From assembly GCA_964596675.1 (NCBI GenBank), contig CAZQUZ010000005.1, positions 16,875 to 80,874 of the forward strand: a stretch of 64,000 bases of DNA, written 5' to 3'. Under the pieces are notes generated by a model. It did no database searches, was not told the DNA's origin, and saw only the letters and a program-made list of their open reading frames with translations. A program made the translations under genes and the position numbers. The DNA comes from an uncultured Candidatus Peribacteria bacterium (GTDB lineage Bacteria > Patescibacteriota > Gracilibacteria > BD1-5 > UBA2023). Positions 44,902-55,403 of this stretch are shown here, in pieces. The first letter of the stretch is position 1. Each line of letters begins with the position of its first letter.

Positions 44902-45354
44902 TTATTTTTGTTTCCATATACACACCGACAGCACACATATCGTCACGATGATGACGGTGCACATCGCACAGAGCGGACAGAAGACTCCGACGATAATCTC
45001 CTGTGAGATGACATACGAGTTAAAGAGTATACCACCAGCAGAGAGTCCAGTGAGGACTCGTGCCGGGAGGAGTGTCTTCGACCACCATCCCCAGAGCGCG
45101 ATGATGAAGAGGATAGGGTAGACGACTGCAGCTATCATGGGAAATGCGACCTTCATATCGCCGAGGGAGAAGATGATGGCACGTGGAGACTGGAGTATCC
45201 CAGAGCACGAGAGTGACTCCGAGAGATCACATGGCATCATCTGGAGTGCAGCGCTATCTGCACCGTTCCAGTACTGATATGCAGGGATAGAGAGATAAAA
45301 CGCATTAAAAATACCGATAGCAGCGAGAGCGGCGATGATGAGATATTTTTTCAT
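44902..45354 (-). CDS. vitamin K epoxide reductase (VKOR) family protein
   Basis: Intact track ORF of 150 aa with four TM segments, loop cysteines (CDL...CSG) and a CPLC motif. Confidence 0.78.
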   Translation of the reverse strand: MKKYLIIAALAAIGIFNAFYLSIPAYQYWNGADSAALQMMPCDLSESLSCSGILQSPRAIIFSLGDMKVAFPMIAAVVYPILFIIALWGWWSKTLLPARVLTGLSAGGILFNSYVISQEIIVGVFCPLCAMCTVIIVTICVLSVCIWKQK

Positions 45355-45428
45355 AAGTAAGGGGGATTAAGAGATGATGGTGCTTATTATTCCGGACGCA
45401 TTCAGAAATCTTCATTATGACATTGTTT

Positions 45429-45547
45429 TAAAAAACTCCCCGCGTCTTGCAGGGAGTCCACATGGAAAAACCGCTTACAAGAACGTCGAGAGTGAGCGTG
45501 ATGTCTGCGTACCAAGTCATGTGACCATAGGAGCGGTTGGTGAAGAT
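45429..45547 (-). ncRNA. candidate small RNA (identity unknown)
   Basis: A 259-nt gap with no convincing ORF. On the minus strand there is TTGCAA (45575-45580), a 15-nt spacer and TATACT (45554-45559). Then come about 118 nt with AACCGCT/AGCGGTT pairing, ending in an ACTCCC/GGGAGT hairpin plus T-run (45429-45457). Confidence 0.25.
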
Positions 45548-45613
45548 ACTCCTAGTATAGTGAAAAATGGATTTTTGCAATATTTCGTAAAAAAATCACC
45601 CGAGTGGGTGAGA

Positions 45614-46384
45614 TTATTTTTTCTGACGAGCTTTGTATATTTGATTTATAAATGTAGTAAGTTTCTGTGTATATGTTTCGATATCTTTCTGAGAAGATTT
45701 CGGCATGAGCTCAGAGAGTCTCTCTGTGCTGAGGGCTGTCGTATCAGCGAAGTCTGTGATGCGATTATCTATTTTGATAGTTGTTTTATCATTTCGATAT
45801 GGGAGTTCACTTCGTAGATTTCAGAGCGATGCCTCTGTCTCAGCATGGGTTATGAGGCTCCCGATATAATTTTTGAGCTCATATGCTGCCTGACTACTGA
45901 TTTTGTTGAGCGGGATATCGAGACTGATATCTCATTCACTATATTTGAGTCAGAGGCTATTATTGATAACCTTATAAGAGAGTCGATTGGTGATAAAGTC
46001 GATATCATTTCTATTTTTTGATGTTTCGAGATTGCTTGATGTTATATCACCTTTTTTGCTTGCTGGTCTTTCGAGTTTGGTGGCGATATACTTACCATCT
46101 CGTTTTCTCACTAATATAGGTGCATCTCAGATTTGTTTGAGAGCATACCCATCATTTGGTCGATTTATACCCCATTCATAGTATGTAGGCTGCCATGTCT
46201 TCTCTTTTGTATTATACTCATATGATACCGCATTATCTCCGTATTGATTTATCAGCTCCATAATTTGATTTGTGTAGCGAGAATCGAGAATATTGGGCTT
46301 TTCGAAATACTCTATCTTTTCTGGATTTATAGGGAGTGATGGTGTGGATTCGAGAGATTTCTGTTTTTCGATATTTTCTGCCAT
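45614..46384 (-). CDS. hypothetical protein (256 aa)
   Basis: The frame of track ORF 46127..46465 continues through 4 TGA to TAA 45614-45616. The ATG at 46384 lies 4 nt after the upstream gene's stop. Confidence 0.55.
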
Positions 46385-46388
46385 ATAT

Positions 46389-46709
46389 TTATGCGATAAG
46401 TTGTACAGGGAAGCTGGTAGGATACTTTTGTCATTCGCGGTGGATCTGGAGATGCCCATTTGCATAGAGGGTGAGCGTCGTACCCTGGAGTGAGCCGAAA
46501 AAGTTATGATGGAACGGATGGATACCGAGCTCCGTGCAGATAGACTCCATCGTATGCTCAGTCGTGACGACGAGTTCTTTTATGCCGTATATGGCATCAT
46601 TCGCTGCTTGGGCGATATTATTCGATAGATTTTGGCTCATGAGATGGAGAGGTTTTTCCTCATGCCATTCAGTCAGTTCGGGAGACGCGGAGCTCGCAAA
46701 GTATGCCAT
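46389..46709 (-). CDS. hypothetical protein (106 aa)
   Basis: Track ORF 46431..46769 reads through TGA to TAA 46389-46391. The start is set at MAYFASS (46709), downstream of TTGCAA-N17-TAATAT. Confidence 0.5.
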
Positions 46710-46822
46710 ATGTGGATATAAGTGATAAATGTACCATATTATTCTGCCACATATGATTTTTTTTTGCAAATATTATTGCATTTTTTCGCGACTTTTTTAT
46801 ACTCTATTTAGTTTTATTTTTC

Positions 46823-46977
46823 CGATGAGCCTCGGGTGGCGCCAGGGGAGGAAAAATATCATTATAAAGTGTCTCTTTCAGGATTTGTCGAGAGAGAAAC
46901 TTGGGTGGAACCGTCCATATAATTCACGAAATTATCGGACCCCAAGAAAGTATTATCTTTTTTGTGGGTCTTTTTTT
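46823..46977 (+). promoter_or_regulatory. T-box leader (glycine-type) with terminator/antiterminator, upstream of glyQS
   Basis: T-box core AAACTTGGGTGGAACCGTCC at 46897-46916 (consensus GGGTGGNACCG). The terminator pairs GGACCCCAAGAAAG with CTTTTTTGTGGGTC and ends in T7 (46937-46977). CTTGGG of the T-box can pair with CCCAAG of the terminator 5' arm. A short GATGAG...hairpin (46826-46862) could be a reduced Stem I. Confidence 0.6.
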
Positions 46978-47010
46978 GTCCGTTCCTATATATCCTCACT
47001 CTTTCATTCT

Positions 47011-48405
47011 ATGTCACTCGAAATGTCTACCCTCGTCTCATTCGCGAAAACCAAAGGATTCGTCTATCAGGGCTCTGAGATCTATGGCGGTCTCGCGAAC
47101 TCATGGGACTATGGTCCACTCGGTATACTCCTGAAAGAAAATATAAAAAACCTCTGGATACGAGAATTCGTCCAGAAGCGTCGTGATATGGTCCTCCTCG
47201 ATGCTGCCATCATGATGAATCCATCTGTATGGATCGCTTCTGGGCATGTCGGGTCATTCTCAGATCCACTCATGGAGTGCAAGGACTGTCATACTCGTCA
47301 TCGCGCGGATAAACTCATCGAAGAGAAGCTCGAGAAAGATAGCGCATTTCCAGTACCTCAGAACTGGGCAGGAGATAAGACATCACTCGAAGATCTCAAT
47401 AACTATATCGCCGCGGGTCATATCGAGTGTCCGAACTGCGGTGCGAAACACTGGTGAGATGTAAAAAGATTTAACCTCATGCTCTCGACGCATCAGGGTA
47501 CGACCGAGGATGCTGCAGCGCTCGTGTATCTGCGTCCCGAAACTGCCCAGGGTATATTTGTAAACTTCCCGAACATCGCTCGTTCCTCTCGAAAAAAACT
47601 CCCATTCGGAGTCGCGCAGGCGGGTAAGGCATTTCGAAATGAGATCACGCCAAAAAACTTTATCTTCCGTACACGCGAGTTCGAGCAGATAGAGATAGAG
47701 TACTTCTGTAAGCCTGGGACAGATGCCGAGAATTTCGAGACATGGCTCGGAGAAGAGGAGAGATTTTTCGTAGAGGTGCTCGGATTCGCGAGAGAAAAAG
47801 TCCGATTCGTCGAGATATCTGCCGAGGGGCTCCCACACTACTCGAAGCGAGCGGGTGATTTCGAGTATGAGTTCCCATTCGGCTGGGGAGAGATATCTAC
47901 CCTCGCGAATCGTACGGACTACGACCTAAAGGCGCATATGAGTGAGTCTGGACAGGATCTCTCATACTTCGACCCATTCGATAATACGAAGTATGTCCCA
48001 TACGTCATCGAGCCGTCTATCGGACTCTCGCGTCTCACGCTCGCAGCGATGTGTGACGCCTACGATGAGGTGACGACCGAGGAGGGGAGTCGTGTGGTGA
48101 TGCGATTTGCTCCGGCCGTCGCACCGATGAAAGTCGGAGTCTATCCACTGGTAAAAAAATTCATCCCACAGGCTGAGGAGCTCTACTCTCTCCTCTCGAC
48201 GCACTTCATGTGTGACTACGATGAGGCAGGGACCATCGGGAAGCGATATGCCCGTGCCGATGAGATGGGCGTGCCATATGCTATCTGTGTCGAGCCAGAG
48301 AACTATGATGCCTGACAGGTGACTGTCCGAGACCGAGATACTGGTGAGCAAGAAACAGTAAAAATCACCGACCTCGTCGCATGGCTCCAGTCGAAGGGGT
48401 GTTAA
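47011..48405 (+). CDS. glyQS: glycyl-tRNA synthetase (dimeric class II, GlyQS type)
   Basis: ATG 47011 lies inside track ORF 46729..47457 and joins 47479..48315 through TGA, then reaches TAA 48403-48405. Motifs: FVYQGSEIYGGLANSWDYGPLG and YLRPETAQGIF. Confidence 0.95.
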
Positions 48406-48422
48406 TCTTTAATTGTTCTGTT

Positions 48423-48698
48423 ATGTCATATTTTCCACAAGAAGTTTTTAGGCAAGGATTTGATTTTAGTCGAGATACTCCACTCGAACGGCACTTTAGC
48501 GTACGAAATGCTACACTTTCCACGATGTTAGGAGTGCTGGTATGAGGTGCAGTCGGTACTATATTAGAGGCTCCGGGGGCATGAGCTCTGAGTGGTGGTG
48601 CCATCCTATGATGAGTTGAATTTGTGGCAAGAAGAATGGTGTATGGATTCCATCGAGTATGGAAGGACGATGGGATGATAGTTCAGTCTGAAAGATAA
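48423..48698 (+). CDS. small glycine-zipper membrane protein (91 aa)
   Basis: ATG 48423 to TAA 48696-48698. The segment GVLVGGAVGTILEAPGAGALSGGAILGGV has four of its glycines encoded by TGA. Confidence 0.45.
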
Positions 48699-48712
48699 TA
48701 TAACTACTACAT

Positions 48713-49306
48713 ATGCTTCATCAATTTATCGATACTATTTTTGCATTTTTTTCGGATATGGGATACCTTGATATCTTTGTCCTTATGGCTATGGAGTCAT
48801 CGATCATACCAGTACCATCCGAACTCGTCATGCTACCTGCAGGAATCCTCGCGAGCCAGGGGCAACTCGACCCCATTTTTGCTATTTTGGTCGGTGGCGT
48901 CGGGTCTGTGGTATGAGCACTTGCGAATTATTGGATTCTCGGATACTGGCTTGGTCGTCCATTTCTCGAAAAATATGGGAAATATATCCTGATCACAAAA
49001 GAGAAGTATAAAAAAACAGAAGACTTATTTCTAAAAAATGATGTACTCTATACGTTTCTCGGGCGCCTCATTCCAGTCGTGCGTCATTTGATATCGATTC
49101 CTGCAGGGATATTTCGTATGAAGATGCGTTCATTTATCTTGATTACATTTGCCTGAGCGACACTCTGGTGTGCTGTATTGGTAATTTTTGGTTATGTGTT
49201 TGGAGAGTCGATTATAGATATTGTAGTCGAGTATATGCATATTATAAAGTATATGGTTATCCCGATTTTGGCTCTATTTTTTTGGTGGAAGATTTTTAAG
49301 AAATAA
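48713..49306 (+). CDS. DedA family membrane protein
   Basis: Track ORF 48713..48916 continues through 2 TGA to TAA 49304-49306. Shows the SSIIPVPSE ... RLIPVVRHLISIPAG pattern. Confidence 0.83.
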
Positions 49307-49307
49307 T

Positions 49308-49339
49308 AAAAAAATACCTTTCCTAAAGGTATTTTTTTA
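49308..49339. terminator. bidirectional hairpin terminator
   Basis: aaaaaaatacctt-tccta-aaggtattttttt hairpin between convergent genes. Confidence 0.7.
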
Positions 49340-50203
49340 TTTTACTCGTTCTACTATATAGCTTACTATATCAGAGAATTTCGAGGTCTGGTAGGTGTTC
49401 GCAGTTTCGAGGAGTGTATATTCGAGATCCTGTAGGAGCTTCCTTGATTTTTCTATCCCCATAAATGATACGATTCATTTCCCATTATCTTTTTGTGTAT
49501 CTCACCCCATGACATCAGCACTTCACTCGTAGTCGAGTATATCGTCTCGTACCTGGAATGCACGCCCGAGGAGGAGTCCAAACCATTTTAATTGCTCTAT
49601 CGTCTGAGTATCCTCGACCCCAGCCATAGCAGCACCTATAAGGAAAGAGGCAGTAAAAAGCCTTCCTGTTTTTTCATCATGGAGTCGTATCATCTCTTTT
49701 TGATCAAGTGTGGATAGGGATTGCTTGATATCTCTGATTTGTCCACGTACCATTCCCATATCGCCGATTGCTTTCGTGATTTCGAGGATAACTTGTGGAT
49801 TTTTTGCTTCAGCGAGGCACTCTATCCCCATAGTTTGGAGAGCGTCGCCTACGAGTATCGCAGTTGCTTCATCATATTTTTTCCATACTGTCGGTTGTCC
49901 TCGCCTGAGTTCATCATTATCGAGCGAAGGGAGATCATCATGCACGAGTGAATATGCATGGATAAATTCTATGCCTATCAGGTATTCGAGAATGACATCA
50001 GAGGGGAGTCCCATGAGTTCTTCATAGATAATCATCGATAGGATGACTCGTATGCGCTTACCTTGACCATCTACAGCATATTGGATAGCATCTTGGAACT
50101 CTGTTTCTACAGGAGTTGCGAGCGTGTTATATCGTTTGCTGAAATAGTCTGTAATAGCAGAATCTACCTTGATCCGATATGTATCGTACCAGTCTTGTAT
50201 CAT
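49337..50203 (-). CDS. polyprenyl diphosphate synthase (FPP/GGPP synthase family)
   Basis: Track ORF 49523..50203 extends through 3 TGA to TAA 49337-49339. The first DDxxD motif is in LVHDDLPSLDND and the second in QVRDDILD. Confidence 0.9.
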
Positions 50204-50265
50204 AAGAACATGTTATTAGTGGTATCATATCATGTTTTAGGGAAAAATGCAATTTTTCACACTTT

Positions 50266-50943
50266 CTATTTTCCATATTTTCTTTCTCGTACCTGAAATC
50301 ATTCTATCGCTTCTTTGATATCTGCTTCAGAAAAATCAGGCCAATTTTTTTCTATAAAAGCGTACTCAGTATATGGAGACTGAAAAAGAAAAAATCCCGA
50401 ATGCCGCATGTGTCCACCAGTACGGATGATGAGGTCTATCGGTGGGAATCTCCCTGTTTCTAAGTATCATAAGATATCATCTGTGGTGATGGTATCTACT
50501 TTTCATATATCTGCCATAAGTGCTGTCACAGCCCGAGCGATTTCCTCTTGTCCTCCATATCCTATGGCGATGATAGCAGTCATAGCTGAGTTATTTTCAG
50601 TCATGAGCTCGGCTTTCTTCATATTTTTGACACATCTATCAGGGAGGAGTGATCTATCTCCGATACAGATGATGCGTATATTTTCTTTTGTGGCAGCTTT
50701 GGCGATGTCGAGGATTCATCGTGTCAGGAGGCTGAAGAGATAGTCTACTTCTTCTGGCGACCGCTTTTTGATATTATCATCTGAGAGTGCCCAGAAGCTC
50801 GCATAGGGGATGCTCATATGTTTCGTGGCGATGATGATTTTTTTAGCTGTTTCATAGCCTTTTCGGTGTCATTCGAGGGAGGGAAGATTATGTGTCTTTG
50901 CCCATGTACGATTTCCGTCCATGATATATCCGATATGTTGCAT
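50266..50943 (-). CDS. uppS: undecaprenyl diphosphate synthase
   Basis: ATG 50943 to TAG 50266-50268 with about 5 TGA. Motifs: IMDGNRTWA, FWALSDDN, IIRTGGHMRHSGFFLFQSPYTEYAF, WPDF. The track shows only antisense or out-of-frame ORFs here. Confidence 0.92.
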
Positions 50944-50994
50944 AGGATTTTTTTACGTAACTCCCGAGAGTATAGGAAAATTTTTATAAACATC

Positions 50995-51026
50995 AAAAAA
51001 ATCCCCTATTGCTAGAGGATTTTTTC
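50995..51026 (-). terminator. hairpin terminator
   Basis: aaaaaaatcccct-attgc-tagaggatttttt hairpin with one mismatch, after the RRM gene. Confidence 0.55.
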
Positions 51027-51039
51027 TGAAAGTATGCGA

Positions 51040-51306
51040 TTATCGCTCTTCACGAGGGCGAGCTTCGTTTACCACGAGCTGGCGACCCATTACTTCGCGA
51101 CCATTCATTGCTTCGATGATCTTCTCGATATCAGCCTCATCAGCATCTACGAAAAGAAAACCTTTTTTACGACCAGTTTCACGATCGATAGGCCAGAAAA
51201 AATCAACGAGTGGTGCAACTTCTTCGAAGATTGCGCGAAGCTCTTCAGCTTCGATACGGAATGGGACATTACCTACGAAGAGGCGTTTTGTAGAACCGGT
51301 ACTCAT
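51040..51306 (-). CDS. RRM-type RNA-binding protein (88 aa)
   Basis: Internal Met of track ORF 51040..51384. RNP2 is LFVGNV and RNP1 is KGFLFVD. Confidence 0.85.
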   Translation of the reverse strand: MSTGSTKRLFVGNVPFRIEAEELRAIFEEVAPLVDFFWPIDRETGRKKGFLFVDADEADIEKIIEAMNGREVMGRQLVVNEARPREER

Positions 51307-51431
51307 ACGAGAAAAAGAGTAGAAAATAAATTGCCGAGACCGCTCTTTGACTTTTATGAGCACAAAAAGGATACAATTCGACACTCACATTATACGACTA
51401 TTTTATCGAAAGCAAATTAATTTTTATTCGC

Positions 51432-52547
51432 TTAGTCTACGTAGATATACCCATCGATGCTTGCATCATTTTTTGCTATTTTACGTATAGTCACTTCATT
51501 TATACGTCTATAGTTCATATCTTTCACGATAATGTGATCCTCTGTGACGTCAGCGACGATACCGACATGCCCGTAGTATCGATTATACCCTCGTCCTGTG
51601 AATTGTACGATAGCTCCTGGGATGGCTTTTTGTCCAGTCTTTGCACCTGCTGCTTTTGCATTTCGCATCCATGCATTTGCATTTCATCTCCATGTGACAG
51701 TCTTATTCTGGGCGACATACCAGGTACAGTTGCCCCATGCGAATCCGCGAGAAAGACCAGTATATTTTATTGTATAGCGAGATTTAAGCCCAGTAGTACT
51801 ATCTACGACTGTGGGTTTAGTGTTTGGCGTTGGGGTCGGTATAGGGGTGATTTTCGTAGCTGGTTTTTCTCCGGGTTTTGGTGTAGTGGTATTTTTTGCT
51901 ATTTTCGGAGCTGCTCATGGTATCATGAGTTCCATACCTTTTCGGATAGAGGCAGCATTTTTGAGTCCATTGACTCGTACGATATCATCAGCATCGACAG
52001 AGTAGAGTCGAGAGATCTCGGAAATCGTATCACCACTAGCGACTTTATGTACTACTCCAGATACTGGAGGTATGCGAAGAGTCGTACCGACACTGAGGGT
52101 ATCATCTGCTGATAAGTCATTGGCCCATAGTATCGTGTCTGTACTCACTCCATATTTTTTCGCGATACTACTGAGAGTATCACCAGCAGCGATCGTATAT
52201 GCCTTTGCTCGTTCACTCGAATTCTTCTCTTCGGATGGTGGGATTTTCTTCGTCACAGAAGATACCGTATCGAAGTCGGTACTGACGAGTCCAGATTTAT
52301 TGATATAGCTTCCTTCAGTTCCCCCATCTCACTCATACGCTGTGATGATCGTCGTCTCATCATAATCGCCAGCTCGAGCCTCATAGTCAGAGCCTATGAC
52401 AGAAAGAGATGGATATATCGGAAGTATGATGATTACTGCGAGAGTAAACCATCTAAAATTCCGAAACGATTCCCATGCAGAATATACCTTTTGGTTATTT
52501 CTGATAGCACGCTTTATACGCGCTTGGGTATTGAGGTTTGGAGTCAT
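51432..52547 (-). CDS. LysM x2 + CHAP-domain peptidoglycan hydrolase (371 aa)
   Basis: Track ORFs 52329..52547, 51915..52256 and 51432..51668 are in one frame. It has an N-terminal TM anchor, two LysM repeats (GDTLSSIAKKYGV, GDTISEISRLYSV), and a CHAP region with GNCTWYV ... YGHVGIV. Confidence 0.85.
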
Positions 52548-52604
52548 TCATTGGTTTTAGGAATAAACGTCGTATACCAATTCTCATAGAGAGAACATGA
52601 TATA

Positions 52605-52916
52605 CTATGCTATCGCCGATACCTGAAGAGTTGTGCGGTGTGCGCGGAAACCATATGTTCTCATATGACGTTTTTTCGCTATCATCTTAAATACACGGAT
52701 TTTATCAGCCTTGAACTGATCGACAACAGTGAGTGTAACTTTTGATCCCTCGACTGTAGGAGTACCGATCTTTACAGATTTTCCCTCTGCATCTGAGATG
52801 AGAAGTGCTGCGAGTTCGAGCTTTGCTCCGATTTCGAGATTCTGATGATCGACCTCGATAACTTGGTCTTTTTCTACTGTATACTGCTTGCCGCCGATTT
52901 CTATAACTGCTATCAT
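52605..52916 (-). CDS. rplU: 50S ribosomal protein L21
   Basis: Intact track ORF of 103 aa, starting MIAVIEIGGKQYTVEKDQ. Confidence 0.95.
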   Translation of the reverse strand: MIAVIEIGGKQYTVEKDQVIEVDHQNLEIGAKLELAALLISDAEGKSVKIGTPTVEGSKVTLTVVDQFKADKIRVFKMIAKKRHMRTYGFRAHRTTLQVSAIA

Positions 52917-53099
52917 ATGAAAAAAATGTTATGCTCATATGAGGGTCTACATGGGTAGAACTTAGTGGACCTCATAACGAAGCGAGATAAATATGGATTC
53001 GGATCCAAGAAGAAAAAACAATATATGTATTCTCTTCTCGAACACGAAATAGTATAATCAGGGAAGAAAAACTGTCGAGAAAAACAGCTTGACACTGCA

Positions 53100-53123
53100 T
53101 GGCTGGGGTACTAGGATTCGAAC
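53100..53123 (-). other. tRNA 3'-end-like fragment (T-loop, T-stem 3' strand, acceptor 3' strand, CCA)
   Basis: The minus strand reads GTTCGAATCCTAGTACCCCAGCCA. No complementary T-stem 5' strand or acceptor 5' strand lies upstream, so this is not an intact tRNA. Confidence 0.35.
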
Positions 53124-53408
53124 GCTCTCCGGCGCGTTCGCCTCTCCTCGCTTTCGAAATGCCTTTGAGCATTTCTCATGAATCGCTCGGATTCGAATCC
53201 TCGGAGTTTTATAAAAAACATTATGGCTGAACTACGGGGTCGGTGTTAGAACTTTTTGTGCGAGCACTAAAAACTGATACTGTGTCAGAACTCCGCAGAA
53301 TATATGAAAACTCTTAAAAAAGTCAAACTTAATTTTCGTCAAGGAGACACATTATCCCATATAAGAAACAGTATTCTTATATCATTAAGTTCCATTTTAG
53401 TGATGATG

Positions 53409-54380
53409 TTACATGACTTCATGTGCTATAAGATACGCGATATACGCCGTATAGCACAATACGAGTAATACTCCCTCTTTTCTTCAAATGGTATTTCTTG
53501 TCCAGATAAATGAGAGAAGGAGCAAAAGAATAGGTGCGAATATAGCAACCATTAGGTCAGTATATGAGGCATTCAAAAATGGTAGCGGGGCAATAATTGC
53601 GGAAGTCCCAAGAATTACTAAAATATTCATAATATTTGAACCAACTACATTTCAAATAGCAATATCTGGATTTCACCTTCTTGCCGCGATTATTGAGGTC
53701 GCAAGTTCTGGCATACTTGTTCCAATAGCAACAACAGTAAGTCCAATAATTGCCTGCGACAATCAGAAGAACTTTGCTATATTTACAGCACCATCTACGA
53801 GGATTTTTCATCCTATAAACAATACAAGTATTCCTCCAGCTATCCATAAAGTTGCTTTCCATGGTGATATGATCTTTTCAACCTTTTCGCTTTCATCAGG
53901 AATAAAGTTATTGTGTTTTACTGAATAGACTATATAAGCAATAGCGGCACTCAATAATATAATACCGTCTACTCGACCAATCGTATTATTCGAAGCACCG
54001 TCAAGAAATGTATCACTTACAAGAATAAGAAAGAGGAAACTGGTAAGTATGACTATGGGGAGGTCAAAAAATCTTGTCGTCCGCGATAGAATAATAGGCG
54101 ATATGCAGGCACTTACTCCAAGAATAAGGAGAACGTTAGCAATATTTGAGCCTAATACGTTTCAGATAGCAATTTCAGTATTTCAAGAAATACTTGCCAG
54201 TATGGATACAATCAATTCTGGCATACTTGTTCCAACTGCCACGATAGTGAGCCCAATAATTGCTTGTGATATTCAAAACTTCTTTGCAATGGATACAGAA
54301 CCATCTACGAGAACATTCCCTCAGAAAGTTAAAAGTATGAGACCAAAAATGACGGCGATACATGAGAGTAAGATTTCCAT
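53409..54380 (-). CDS. CaCA-family Na+/Ca2+ antiporter (YrbG-like), 323 aa
   Basis: About 9 in-frame TGA. Two alpha-repeats are present: GLTIVAVGTSMPEL...AIGNVLGSNIAN and GLTVVAIGTSMPEL...AIGNVVGSNIMN. Coordinates are anchored to out-of-frame track ORFs 54175..54363 and 53557..53862. Confidence 0.88.
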
Positions 54381-54395
54381 GATAGTAATCTGGAC

Positions 54396-55376
54396 TTAAA
54401 GTTTAAAAAGTTTTTTGAGGATTTCCCTTCCGCTATTTATAGAGGTAAGTTCCCTATCTCAACCAATTCAAGGAGTTCAATTTACTTCGAGAATAACTCC
54501 ACCGACTTCTTCGAGTGGTTTTGTGAAGTCAGTCGTGAGAATATCTACTCAACAAATAGAAAGGTTTAATTTATTCGCAACATCAATACAAAGCTTTTTG
54601 ATATCCTCATGAAGAATATGTGTCATATCTTTCGCTGTTCCTCACGTTCCCATATTAGAGTTTCAACGGAGCTGCAGTTCCATCCCAGCTGGAAGAATGC
54701 TATTTAGAGTGTATCATTTTTTCTGTATATAATCAACTAATTCATTATCTGAACGAATAAAAGAAAGCGGGGCATAATAATCCTCTTTTCTGAGGGGATT
54801 ATTGGCATTTTCATAATCTATAAGCTGTCCAATTGTCGAATATCCATTTCATATTACCGATGGAGGAACTCGATTATAGGCAACAATAACCTCTCCTAGT
54901 ACCACTAATACACGACATTCATCTCACGCAACTTGTTCTTGAATAATCATTTTCGGATATGTTGAAAATGAGGCATCAAGTTTTTTTTGAAGTTCTGGAA
55001 CGTTTATAATATTCATACATACTCCATTTCCATGAGCCTCATCAATTGGCTTAATGATAACAGGGAAATGAAAATCAGAAAGTTTTGACCAATCAAAGTT
55101 CGCAAACTCATGGTCATAGATATAGAGAGTTTTAGGAATAGGTATTCCATATTTATTTAAGAGCGAATACGTGAGCTCTTTATCATCCGATATTTTCTCA
55201 CCGAGAGAAGTATTTCCTCAAAAGTCAGTACTCTTAAAAAGTACTTCTTTGTTTTGAGATTTTACTAAAAACAAGTTCTTTTCTGGAATAAGGACATCAA
55301 CTTTTAGTCATAGTTTTTCTGCCTCTTCTTTGAGGACTTGTGATGATATAGACCAGTAGGTCATCGGTTTAGACAT
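54396..55376 (-). CDS. ATP-grasp ligase (cyanophycin-synthetase/RimK-like), 326 aa
   Basis: About 11 TGA. Motifs: FPVIIKPIDEAHGNGV, IIQEQVAGDECRVLVV, GNGYSTIGQLI, LRGNSNMGTGGTAKDMT, ICGVDI, ILEVNGTPGIGG. Confidence 0.8.
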
Positions 55377-55403
55377 AATTATAGCTTAGCAATTAAATAA
55401 CAT

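Noticed and set aside
45429-45547. Identification of the candidate sRNA as SRP (4.5S) RNA
   Set aside because: The conserved helix-8 features (GNRA tetraloop flanked by GGUCA...AGCAGCC-type loops) are not present. It is kept only as an unnamed candidate.
53098-53215. Possible intact tRNA (including a UCA-anticodon tRNA) or tmRNA in the region upstream of rplU
   Set aside because: Only the 3' ~24 nt look tRNA-like. The T-stem and acceptor 5' strands are missing. The GAAATGC/GCATTTC hairpin with TCA in its loop has a 6- or 8-nt loop, not 7. No tmRNA 5' end or tag-reading-frame features were seen.
53488-54399. Two plus-strand track ORFs sharing an internal repeat (IFEP.TFQIAIS...SGILVP.AT.VSPIIACD)
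   Set aside because: The repeat is the antisense image of the two alpha-repeats (GTSMPEL / AIGNV.GSNI) of the minus-strand CaCA antiporter.
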